DNA of 64,000 nt from a virus (IMGVR_UViG_3300046615_000208:1-64000), one strand, 5' to 3'. Positions 1-7,416 are shown, counted from the first letter of the stretch. The notes: generated by a model not told the origin, from the letters alone. Numbers and translations are program-made.

Positions 1-20
1 CAGCGGTAGCAGGGGCGAAG

Positions 21-347
21 ATGTCCATACAGCGTCTGGCAACCCACGATAAGGTCGAAGTCATCCACATCATCTCTAAGTGTGGCGTGAAGACCGAAGA
101 GCGGAGCATCCACTGGCTCAACTGGAATAACCTTCTTGGTGCTACAGTGCGCCCACACAACGTACACTTCGTACGGAAGCGGCACCTAAAGGCTCCTATG
201 GCACAGGCCCTTGAGCTTGACATCTTCATTGATGACCGCGAGGACGTCATTGACTCTATGCAGGGCGTCGTCAAGCATCCGATTCTCTTTGAATCATGGG
301 AACAAACGAACGCAGAACTGGAAAGGATTTTTAGTGGGAAAGCATAA
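21..347 (+). CDS. HAD-superfamily-like protein, probably 5'-truncated by the window edge
   Basis: C-terminal IFIDDR resembles HAD motif IV; frame is open upstream to the window start. Confidence 0.5.
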   Translation: MSIQRLATHDKVEVIHIISKCGVKTEERSIHWLNWNNLLGATVRPHNVHFVRKRHLKAPMAQALELDIFIDDREDVIDSMQGVVKHPILFESWEQTNAELERIFSGKA

Positions 348-1674
348 GGTAGTCGTCGGACTCGGATTCGGTGACGAGGGCAAGGGTACGATTGTTGACT
401 ACCTGACCGCTACAGAGGAAGTAGACTTTGTTCTGCGTTTCTCTGGTGGACCACAGGCAGCACACAACGTTGTCACGACTGACGGTCGTCACCACACGTT
501 CTCTCAGTTTGGTTCCGGGTCTTTCAATGATATCCCGACCATCCTGACAAAGTACATGATGATCAACCCGGTGTACATGGGTAATGAATCTGATGCACTG
601 TCCGAAAAACTGGGCTACGACGCCATGAACATGATGACCATCTCGGAGAACTGCCTGCTGATTACTCCGTGGGCAGTTGCCTACAACCAGCTTGAAGAGC
701 TTCGGCGCGGGGCTGATGCCCATGGTTCTTGTGGGCAGGGTGTCGGAATCACACAGAAGTTTGCTCTGGATTACCCTGACCTTGCTCTCCGCGCTAGCGA
801 CATGCTGCTTGATCGGGACTCCTTTACCGCAAAGGCAGCACTGGTACAGGAGCTTCTGAAGGCTGAATATGGCAAACCGGGCAAGGAGTTCTTCATGAAA
901 ATGGATGGAAACGTTCGGACGGACCTTGTTCGTACTCCGGGAAACGTCCATGCCATGTTTGAGTTCTTCATGAAGGACTATATGCCAATCATCGTCTCTG
1001 ACGAGGAAATCCTGAACTTGGTTCGGGAGTTCAACTGCGTCTGGGAAGGCTCACAAGGCGTTCTGCTGGACGAATGGAAGGGTTTCCACCCATATACCAC
1101 GTGGAGTACCACAACGTCTCAGAACGCCCTACAGCTTCTCTCAGAGGCAGGTGTTCCGAGGGAGGATGTGGAGGTTGTCGGTGTTACCCGTACATACCAC
1201 ACCCGTCACGGTGCTGGACCCTTCCCGACAGAGGACCCCAAGCTGCTTACGGAGTTCCCAGAGGCCCATAACGCCACTGGAGTATTCCAAGGCGCATGGC
1301 GAGTTGGTGCTTTGGACCTTTCTCTGCTATACTATTCTATAGCGGCAGACGGAGAGATTGATTCTCTGGCTGTTACTCATGCTGATGTGGAGAAGGTGTA
1401 TGTCTCTGACAACAACTACGTCCACATCAAGGATCGAATGGGTGGGCTGGATGAGCAGGAAGAGATCACTAAGTATCTTTCCAGTCTTCCTCTGCCTTAC
1501 CGCTGGGAGATGGCGAACTTTGGCCCTCTCCTGCAACTCATCGTGCGTGAGACCAAGACTCCGATCTCGATTCTTTCGTTCGGTCCTCGGGCTGATCAGA
1601 AGATTCCCGGTTCTGTGGGATTGAACTGGTATCTCACAGAAGTTGACACTCCTACTGAGAGTATGGTAGAATAG
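334..1674 (+). CDS. purA: Adenylosuccinate synthetase (PurA)-like protein, divergent
   Basis: GLGFGDEGKG, SGGPQAAHNV, HGSCGQGVG, WEGSQGVLLD..GFHPYTT, TRHGAGPFPTE motifs; GTG at 334 after GAAAGGA. Confidence 0.85.
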   Translation: MGKHKVVVGLGFGDEGKGTIVDYLTATEEVDFVLRFSGGPQAAHNVVTTDGRHHTFSQFGSGSFNDIPTILTKYMMINPVYMGNESDALSEKLGYDAMNMMTISENCLLITPWAVAYNQLEELRRGADAHGSCGQGVGITQKFALDYPDLALRASDMLLDRDSFTAKAALVQELLKAEYGKPGKEFFMKMDGNVRTDLVRTPGNVHAMFEFFMKDYMPIIVSDEEILNLVREFNCVWEGSQGVLLDEWKGFHPYTTWSTTTSQNALQLLSEAGVPREDVEVVGVTRTYHTRHGAGPFPTEDPKLLTEFPEAHNATGVFQGAWRVGALDLSLLYYSIAADGEIDSLAVTHADVEKVYVSDNNYVHIKDRMGGLDEQEEITKYLSSLPLPYRWEMANFGPLLQLIVRETKTPISILSFGPRADQKIPGSVGLNWYLTEVDTPTESMVE

Positions 1675-1702
1675 ATATACAACGGCAGGGAAACCTGCTT
1701 AT

Positions 1703-1774
1703 ACATCCTTCGTCTAATGGCTAAGACTAGAGCTTCCAAACCTCTCGATGTGGGTTCGATTCCTACAGGGTGTG
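1703..1774 (+). tRNA. tRNA-Trp(CCA)
   Basis: ACATCCT/AGGGTGT acceptor, loop TTCCAAA, T-loop TTCGATT. Confidence 0.9.
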
Positions 1775-1821
1775 CGAGTTTGACTTAAATGTCAAGCTGT
1801 GATACAATTAAGTATCACTTT

Positions 1822-1895
1822 CAGGGTATGGGAAAGTCTGGCAATCCGTCTGATTTGGAATCAGAAGACCGCAGGTTCAAATCCTGCTATCCTGA
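1822..1895 (+). tRNA. tRNA-Pro(TGG)
   Basis: CAGGGTA/TATCCTG; TCTGA-TTTGGAA-TCAGA. Confidence 0.92.
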
Positions 1896-2004
1896 CGTTA
1901 GGTACCTGTGAGGTTCGCCCTCTATGGTCGGTGGACTGGGTCCACGGTAAAGCCTATACGCCTAGCAGTACCTCCGTGAGTGATGGAGGCTAATATCACT
2001 CAAT

Positions 2005-2080
2005 CGGGGTGTGGGCCAGCTTGGTTAGGTCGCTCGTCTTGGACACGAGAGTATCGCAGGTTCGAATCCTGTCATCCCGA
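2005..2080 (+). tRNA. tRNA-Pro(TGG), second copy
   Basis: CGGGGTG/CATCCCG; CTCGT-CTTGGAC-ACGAG. Confidence 0.92.
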
Positions 2081-2158
2081 CTCATAATTGAATATCATGT
2101 TGTTGAATTTCGTAAAGGGAAGCTGTCTCTTATACAGGAAAACAACGAAGGAAACAAC

Positions 2159-2461
2159 ATGAATAACAATGATGAACTGCAAACACTTCGCGAGCGTTGG
2201 ATCGATCTCCCAGAAATGGGCTATTGGGACTACGAATGGGATGAATTTGCAAGCTTTTACGATCCGGTTACACGGATGTTCTACTGGCTAGAAGGCTCAG
2301 GCTGTTCTTGCAACTACCTTTGGGATGATGTAAGATCAGTAGGCGATCTTAGTGTCGGTCGAAAAGAGGAACTTTTGAGTGCAGCAGCTTCATTCTCGGA
2401 TGGACGCTACGACTCAGAATTCCAAGCGCTTCGTGACGCTGTGAGTAAAATCCAGTTGTAA
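2159..2461 (+). CDS. Hypothetical phage protein (GSGCSC motif)
   Basis: ATG after GAAGGA; the longer ORF start overlaps a tRNA. Confidence 0.75.
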   Translation: MNNNDELQTLRERWIDLPEMGYWDYEWDEFASFYDPVTRMFYWLEGSGCSCNYLWDDVRSVGDLSVGRKEELLSAAASFSDGRYDSEFQALRDAVSKIQL

Positions 2462-2488
2462 CGGGCAATCCGGGGAAACCCGGTCAAT

Positions 2489-2562
2489 GGGCGTGTGATG
2501 TTCAATGGCTAACATTTCTGGCTTCCACCCAGACTATGCAGGTTCGAATCCTGTCACGCTCA
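2489..2562 (+). tRNA. tRNA-Gly(TCC)
   Basis: GGGCGTG/CACGCTC; TCTGG-CTTCCAC-CCAGA. Confidence 0.92.
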
Positions 2563-2573
2563 CGCAGTACAAT

Positions 2574-2645
2574 GCTTCTGTCGTATAATGGCAATTACCT
2601 CTCCTTTGTAACGAGAAGATGGGCGTTCGATTCGTCTCAGAAGCT
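2574..2645 (+). tRNA. tRNA-Thr(TGT)
   Basis: GCTTCTG/CAGAAGC; loop TTTGTAA, C31-C39 mismatch. Confidence 0.88.
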
Positions 2646-2658
2646 CGCAGTAAATAGT

Positions 2659-2731
2659 GCTTTCTTAGCTCAGTTGGTAGAGCGGCTGTCTTGTAAACAG
2701 CAGGTCGTCAGTTCGATTCTGACAGGAAGCC
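2659..2731 (+). tRNA. tRNA-Thr(TGT), second copy
   Basis: GCTTTCT/AGGAAGC; GCTGT-CTTGTAA-ACAGC. Confidence 0.93.
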
Positions 2732-2748
2732 CGTAATAACTAAATAAT

Positions 2749-2822
2749 GGTCCTGTAGCTTAGACGGCAAAAGCGTCGGCTTGAAACCCCGAAGACCACC
2801 GGTTCGAGTCCGGTCGGGACCA
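2749..2822 (+). tRNA. tRNA-Phe(GAA)
   Basis: GGTCCTG/CGGGACC; loop TTGAAAC. Confidence 0.9.
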
Positions 2823-2881
2823 CGATTGGACGGCTCAGCAGGTAAAACTGCCCCTGAGGGGAAGCTCGAACCGCCCAGCAT

Positions 2882-2952
2882 TGTCCCATGGTGTAATGGC
2901 AGCATAGGAGCCTTTGAAGCTTTTGGCCTAGGTTCGAGTCCTAGTGGGACAG
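2882..2952 (+). tRNA. tRNA-Gln(TTG)
   Basis: TGTCCCA/TGGGACA; loop CTTTGAA. Confidence 0.92.
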
Positions 2953-3014
2953 CGTAAAGTATGATACAATTGATTAGTCCGACCGTAGAATTGCCGATAG
3001 TTTGGAGAAAAACC

Positions 3015-3197
3015 ATGGCAGAAAACGAAAAGTACCCCAAGAAGGAACCGATCCGCGAGAAGATCATTGGCTCTGTTGATGGAGACAAGGTCAATCAGGG
3101 ACAGCACTACCCTGAAAACTCGACCCCTGTCACCACCGATCCAATCGAGGGTGCAAACTACGCAGATGGCGAACCACGCAAGGTTGAAAAGAAGTAA
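3015..3197 (+). CDS. Hypothetical hydrophilic protein
   Basis: GGAG SD before ATG 3015; followed by a terminator. Confidence 0.65.
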   Translation: MAENEKYPKKEPIREKIIGSVDGDKVNQGQHYPENSTPVTTDPIEGANYADGEPRKVEKK

Positions 3198-3212
3198 TTC
3201 TTTCCAATAGAT

Positions 3213-3243
3213 AGGCGGGGCGAGTCATCGTCCCGCCTTTTCT
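3213..3243 (+). terminator. Intrinsic terminator
   Basis: AGGCGGGGCGA-GTCA-TCGTCCCGCCT then T-run. Confidence 0.7.
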
Positions 3244-3267
3244 ATAGGTATTGACAATAGAATATGA

Positions 3268-3339
3268 TCTGGTATGATGTAATTGGCAGCATGAGACACT
3301 CTGAATGTCTTCGTTTAGGTTCGAGTCCTGATACCAGAA
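3268..3339 (+). tRNA. tRNA-Gln(CTG)
   Basis: TCTGGTA/TACCAGA; AGACA-CTCTGAA-TGTCT. Confidence 0.92.
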
Positions 3340-3341
3340 CT

Positions 3342-3490
3342 GTGTAATTCCGGACGAGGCCTAATTAACCTCAGACGGCGCTGGAATAGCCGAACTCGCG
3401 ATTCGGTCCAGAGGTTGTAATAGTGTATTGGTGAGCACCGGCCCCGCGAAGGGGCCAAGGTAGGGTTCGATTCCCGTTACAAGATTACAT
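3342..3490 (+). ncRNA. Structured RNA containing an anticodon-less tRNA-like domain (3415-3482)
   Basis: Outer GTGTAAT/ATTACAT stem; inner TTGTAA/TTACAA, D-arm, GGCCCC-GCGAA-GGGGCC arm, GGG-TTCGATT-CCC. Confidence 0.55.
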
Positions 3491-3494
3491 TTAA

Positions 3495-3566
3495 TGGCAT
3501 ATGGTGCAATGGTAAGCACGTGATCCTGATAAGATCAAGATTCGAGTTCGATTCTCGGTATGCCTA
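3495..3566 (+). tRNA. tRNA-Ile(GAT)
   Basis: GGCATA/TATGCC; TGATC-CTGATAA-GATCA. Confidence 0.9.
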
Positions 3567-3596
3567 CGGAAATATCAAACGACGAAAGGAAAAGTA

Positions 3597-3767
3597 ATGG
3601 ATGCTCTTGGAATTGTATTGGCAATATTGGTTGGTCTCGCAGTTTTGATAGGCATCGCATTCTTTGGTTTCGTTGTGTGGTTTATTTACAAAGTCTTCCG
3701 GCAGGTCTTCAATGGCCATAAGGAATTCGATAAGCGTTGGAATGAAGGTCCCTTCAACCGACGATAG
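3597..3767 (+). CDS. Small membrane protein (56 aa)
   Basis: AAGGA SD; MDALGIVLAILVGLAVLIGIAFFGFVVWFIYK hydrophobic helix; below the ORF-track cutoff. Confidence 0.7.
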   Translation: MDALGIVLAILVGLAVLIGIAFFGFVVWFIYKVFRQVFNGHKEFDKRWNEGPFNRR

Positions 3768-3777
3768 TCGAAGTTAT

Positions 3778-3853
3778 GCCCCGTTGGTCTAGTCAGGTTT
3801 AGGATTACTGGTTTTCACCCAGTCGGTCATCGGTTCAAATCCGATACGGGGTA
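3778..3853 (+). tRNA. tRNA-Glu(TTC)
   Basis: GCCCCGT/ACGGGGT; ACTGG-TTTTCAC-CCAGT. Confidence 0.92.
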
Positions 3854-3867
3854 CGCAATATTACCAT

Positions 3868-3938
3868 GTCCCTATAGTATATTGGAAGTACGCCTGATTC
3901 TCAGTCAGGTAGGGCGGGATCGTTACCCGCTAGGGATA
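3868..3938 (+). tRNA. tRNA-Glu(CTC), atypical T-loop ATCGTTA
   Basis: GTCCCTA/TAGGGAT; CCTGA-TTCTCAG-TCAGG. Confidence 0.85.
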
Positions 3939-3996
3939 CGAGGCATCTATGCCGGTAGTACAGGTCGCGGCTGCACCTAGTCTACGAAAATAGTAT

Positions 3997-4084
3997 GGAG
4001 TCGAGGCGACTGGAAGCAAGTAGTCTTGAAAACTATCGTGGGTACCTAGTACGGCCCTAGCAGGTTCGAATCCTGTCGGCTCCG
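3997..4084 (+). tRNA. tRNA-Ser(TGA)
   Basis: GGAGTCG/CGGCTCC; loop CTTGAAA; long variable arm. Confidence 0.88.
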
Positions 4085-4153
4085 CTCGTTGGGCAGATCG
4101 CATCTGTCTAGGATGGTAACCTGTTCCGGATGCATACGGACAAACAGCCCCAA

Positions 4154-4225
4154 GCCTGCTTAACTCAGTGGCAGAGTAGCTGCATGACTCGCAGCCGGTC
4201 AGAGGTTCGAATCCTCTAGCAGGCA
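4154..4225 (+). tRNA. tRNA-Val(GAC), unusual anticodon loop ATGACTC
   Basis: GCCTGCT/AGCAGGC; GCTGC-ATGACTC-GCAGC. Confidence 0.85.
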
Positions 4226-4351
4226 CTCGATGGTACCGGGCCAACGATTCGATAAGTATCTAAAACCAAAACGGCTCCTGAAACGGAGAGAAACTACCCC
4301 AGTAACCGAGGAATAACGGCCAGATACCTGTAACTCTCGAAGTGCTGAGAT

Positions 4352-4440
4352 GGAAGCGATCCGAATGGTTAGGGATCATCTTGGAAAGGTGACGCGGGTA
4401 CCTAGTACGGCCCAAGTGGGTTCGATTCCCACCGCTTCCG
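4352..4440 (+). tRNA. tRNA-Ser(GGA)
   Basis: GGAAGCG/CGCTTCC; loop TTGGAAA; long variable arm. Confidence 0.88.
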
Positions 4441-4519
4441 CAATTAGGCCGGTACCTCTTGGTACCGGCCTTTGCTGTATAATGGATAGTTGATATTCAT
4501 CATACTAGAGGAACCCCAC

Positions 4520-5236
4520 ATGAACAACGAAGATCGCGTACTAGACTGGGCACCCCGCCACGATCCACGATCACTAGCCTTCCCTGTTGCCGCTGTAATC
4601 GCGGAGAGGCCCCGTAGGAGGAACAAACTATGGAAGGTCGGGGAAATACTAGACCAAGGCCGTGAAGGGGCCTGTGTGGGCTTTGGATGGACTGCTGAGG
4701 CACTTGCAACACCTGTGGCTGTGGACCTCAACCGCTTGGCTGTAGACGTACCACGTCTGCCTACACAGTACGCTTTGAATTTGTACAAGCGTGCACAGAA
4801 GATTGACGAGTTCGAGGGAGAAGACTACGGCACCTCTGTAAACGCTGGAGCTAAAATCTCGCGAGAGAATGGCATCGTGAAAGAGTACCGCTGGGCGTTC
4901 GGTATCGATGATGTTGTGGACGCAATCCTGACCAAGGGTCCGGTTGTTCTCGGTATTGAGTGGCGTGACGGTATGTACCGGGCACCGAATGGTGTTGTCT
5001 CTGCGACTGGTAAGGTTGTGGGAGGCCACTGCCTACTAGCCGTAGGCTATGTGGTAAAATCGGAGAAGCTCGGTGGAGAAGACGGCATCATCCTTCAAAA
5101 CTCGTGGGGCAAGTCGTGGGGCATCAATGGACTCGCACAAATCCGAGTCTCCCAGCTTTCTGACCTGCTCGATAATAACGGAGAAGCAGCAATCGCCACA
5201 AGACGTAGCTATGGTCGCACACTCCCCAAGAAATAA
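4520..5236 (+). CDS. Papain-like (C1 family) cysteine protease
   Basis: DQGREGACVGF (Q, C), GGHC (H) and QNSWGKSWG (N) catalytic motifs. Confidence 0.88.
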   Translation: MNNEDRVLDWAPRHDPRSLAFPVAAVIAERPRRRNKLWKVGEILDQGREGACVGFGWTAEALATPVAVDLNRLAVDVPRLPTQYALNLYKRAQKIDEFEGEDYGTSVNAGAKISRENGIVKEYRWAFGIDDVVDAILTKGPVVLGIEWRDGMYRAPNGVVSATGKVVGGHCLLAVGYVVKSEKLGGEDGIILQNSWGKSWGINGLAQIRVSQLSDLLDNNGEAAIATRRSYGRTLPKK

Positions 5237-5274
5237 TGGTACAATAGATAAGTAGAAAACCCTACGGAGGAATT

Positions 5275-5550
5275 ATGTCAAAAGAGAACCCAGCAGATTA
5301 CGGCTCTCCGAAAACCGAACTACCCCTGAAGAACCTCGCTGATCAGCCCCTGAAAAAGGATGTGAAAGCTGGCAAGGTTCTCACAGCCGACTCCGAAACC
5401 AAGCTCTCCACCGAAACTCCCGACCCGAATGTAACTTCTGTTGGCGGCACCGCTGACACTGTCACCTCGGGCACTGTGACTGGGGATGCTAACACCACCC
5501 GCAGCACTACACGTACTTCGCGAAGCACATCAACGACTGACGGAACCTAA
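5275..5550 (+). CDS. Hypothetical Thr/Ser-rich protein
   Basis: GGAGGA SD; upstream TGGTACAAT extended -10. Confidence 0.7.
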   Translation: MSKENPADYGSPKTELPLKNLADQPLKKDVKAGKVLTADSETKLSTETPDPNVTSVGGTADTVTSGTVTGDANTTRSTTRTSRSTSTTDGT

Positions 5551-5571
5551 CTCGAAGAAGTTCCCTTAGGC

Positions 5572-5609
5572 CGTGATGTAGCCCCGAGTCACGTAAAACA
5601 AATCGGGGC
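5572..5609 (+). ncRNA. H-type RNA pseudoknot in a 3' UTR
   Basis: CGTGA/TCACG stem interlocked with GCCCCGA/TCGGGGC, A-rich linker TAAAACAAA. Confidence 0.55.
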
Positions 5610-5657
5610 GCTTTGCGTTTGACAGACCTACCAGACTCTGGTAGAATAGTTACATAT

Positions 5658-5725
5658 GGACGGGGCGCTGGGCGCAAGCATCCTTTACACGGAAGCTCCG
5701 GAGGGTTCGATACCCTCTCCGTCTA
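5658..5725 (+). tRNA. tRNA-Val(TAC), minimal D-arm
   Basis: GGACGGG/TCCGTCT; GCGC-TGG-GCGC D-arm; loop TTTACAC; GAGGG-TTCGATA-CCCTC. Confidence 0.72.
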
Positions 5726-5802
5726 CGTATGGTTACTGAATCCATCTGACCGCTCTTTGGTAGAACCCCTAGAGTCCACAGTAGTCAGGCTAAAATCAGT
5801 AT

Positions 5803-5876
5803 GCACCCTTATCCCAATTGGCAGAGGACTACGGCTTAGACCCGTAGCGTTGAGAGTTCGAGTCTCTCAGGGTGCA
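5803..5876 (+). tRNA. tRNA-Leu(TAG), short variable loop
   Basis: GCACCCT/AGGGTGC; CTACGG-CTTAGAC-CCGTAG. Confidence 0.88.
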
Positions 5877-5878
5877 CG

Positions 5879-5933
5879 GTGGCCAGTTAACGGGCCGCAA
5901 GGAAGGATGTGGGTTCGATTCCCTGCTGGCTGC
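5879..5933 (+). ncRNA. Mini tRNA-like element (acceptor stem plus T-arm, GCAA tetraloop)
   Basis: GTGGCCAG/CTGGCTGC; GGG-TTCGATT-CCC; CC-GCAA-GG. Confidence 0.4.
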
Positions 5934-5949
5934 AAACATCTTTCCGCCT

Positions 5950-6023
5950 GCTTCCTTACCCCAATTGGCAGAGGGGCTGGCCTCAAAAGTCAGTAGTTGA
6001 GAGTTCGAGTCTCTCAGGAAGCA
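5950..6023 (+). tRNA. tRNA-Leu(CAA), short variable loop
   Basis: GCTTCCT/AGGAAGC; GCTGGC-CTCAAAA-GTCAGT. Confidence 0.88.
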
Positions 6024-6028
6024 CGTAG

Positions 6029-6058
6029 TTGACATTCAACCAGAGTCGTAGTACACTG
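6029..6058 (+). promoter_or_regulatory. sigmaA-type promoter driving a leaderless mRNA
   Basis: TTGACA-N18-TACACT, ATG 5 nt downstream. Confidence 0.6.
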
Positions 6059-6063
6059 GGGGG

Positions 6064-6483
6064 ATGGAAACGACATTTGATGATGTAAAACGAGAAGCAG
6101 TTCTGTCCGGTGGACAGACAATCCACGCCTTTCACAAGAGCGGTCAGTGTTTCGGGGAATTTTGCCCAGTACACGATCCGTCAGATCATAAGCTTCGGGG
6201 GTATGATCTGCACTACAACTTCATGGCTGGGAGCTTCTTCCGCGATGTAGACGGTGAAATGGTGGTCGATCCTGATGATTACGTCCTCAATACCGCAGGG
6301 AAAGTGATTGTTTTCAATCTCATTTCTTGCAACCATTGTGGTGATCTGGTAGCATCCACACACAGGCACGATTTCCGTAGCTGTTCCTGTGGGAAGGTTG
6401 CCGCAGATGGTGGAAGTGCATACTTACGCAGACTGGGATCGGCGGGAGACTTCAAGGAACTGTCGGTTATTGCGTATAAGTAA
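6064..6483 (+). CDS. Zinc-ribbon protein
   Basis: CNHCGD..STHRHDFRSCSCGKVAADGG motif common in phage proteins. Confidence 0.75.
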   Translation: METTFDDVKREAVLSGGQTIHAFHKSGQCFGEFCPVHDPSDHKLRGYDLHYNFMAGSFFRDVDGEMVVDPDDYVLNTAGKVIVFNLISCNHCGDLVASTHRHDFRSCSCGKVAADGGSAYLRRLGSAGDFKELSVIAYK

Positions 6484-6490
6484 GTAATTT

Positions 6491-6563
6491 GCGCGGTGGT
6501 CCGAACGGTTGACGGAAAGACTCTTATAAGGTCTCTGAATGGGTTCAACTCCCATACTGCGTA
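6491..6563 (+). tRNA. tRNA-Ile(TAT)
   Basis: GCGCGGT/ACTGCGT; AGACT-CTTATAA-GGTCT; ATGGG-TTCAACT-CCCAT. Confidence 0.8.
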
Positions 6564-6564
6564 C

Positions 6565-6636
6565 GCCCTCGTAGGCTAGAGGATAAACCGGAGCGCTACG
6601 AACGCTCAGTCACAGGTTCGATTCCTGTCGAGGGCA
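6565..6636 (+). tRNA. tRNA-Arg(ACG)
   Basis: GCCCTCG/CGAGGGC; GAGCG-CTACGAA-CGCTC. Confidence 0.92.
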
Positions 6637-6796
6637 CTTGACCATCTAGTAAATAGATGGTAGAATAGATGTAACACGACGGCAATTCACTTCCGGATGG
6701 AAGGGGTTGCAGGATGCCCTGTTCGCCCGAGCAGTAGGACCGTTCTCTTGGCTGAGGTAACCGGCAGGCCACCGGGGAAGTAAGCAATCGGGCAAT

Positions 6797-6868
6797 GCCT
6801 CTATAGCTCAACGGAAGAGCAACGGTCTTCGAAACCGTTTGTTGGGAGTTCGAATCTCTCTAGGGGCG
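6797..6868 (+). tRNA. tRNA-Arg(TCG)
   Basis: GCCTCTA/TAGGGGC; ACGGT-CTTCGAA-ACCGT. Confidence 0.92.
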
Positions 6869-7003
6869 CTTTGGGTGGAGTGGTCCACGCAAACCCCGAT
6901 GCAGGGTCAGGCATCCGTATTTTTACTGGGTTTCACGTGACTAACCTAGAGGTTGGCGGCTAACCAGAAAGCCACGGTGACGCGTACCAGCGCTAGCCCG
7001 TAC

Positions 7004-7074
7004 TCCGAGTTGGTATATTGGTATTACATCTGCTTGCCAAGCAGAAAAGACGAGTTCGATTCTCGTACTCGGGA
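7004..7074 (+). tRNA. tRNA-Gly(GCC)
   Basis: TCCGAGT/ACTCGGG; TCTGC-TTGCCAA-GCAGA. Confidence 0.88.
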
Positions 7075-7096
7075 CAGAGCGCTTCATAGGTTTAGC

Positions 7097-7330
7097 GCCG
7101 CCAGACACGCCTCCTGCGCGGCGTGAAGCACGTTCTGGCTAATCTACAACCCAACAGCAGGCGGGGAATGTAGTGCAACCGGCAGTAAAGGGTGATCCAC
7201 ATACAGGCGCGAGCCGTGGCATCCTCTGGGAAGCGGAATAGACCAGTGTGAGTAGATTGGAAAGAGGGATAGGTTCCTCCTACGGCAACTCCTAGCCCTG
7301 TCCATCGGGGTCTCACGTAAGTACATGGAC
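7097..7330 (+). ncRNA. Candidate structured ncRNA between tRNAs
   Basis: GCCAGA/TCTGGC and CACGCC/GGCGTG stems; long-range CTAATCTAC/GTAGATTGG; no + strand ORF. Confidence 0.4.
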
Positions 7331-7333
7331 AAT

Positions 7334-7416
7334 GGAGCCGATCCGAATGGTCAGGAGCCTGTTTGCTAAACAGGTACGGTGTAACAGCCCAGTGAGTTCA
7401 ATTCTCACCGGCTCCG
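7334..7416 (+). tRNA. tRNA-Ser(GCT)
   Basis: GGAGCCG/CGGCTCC; CCTGT-TTGCTAA-ACAGG. Confidence 0.9.

Noticed and set aside
334-1674. PurZ (2-aminoadenine pathway)
   Set aside because: The catalytic position is Asp (GDEGKG), not Ser, and I saw no datZ or mazZ gene in the window.
7079-7150. HDV-like/theta ribozyme after tRNA-Gly
   Set aside because: GCC-TCCTGCGC-GGC resembles P3/L3, but I could not build P1.1 and P2 consistently.
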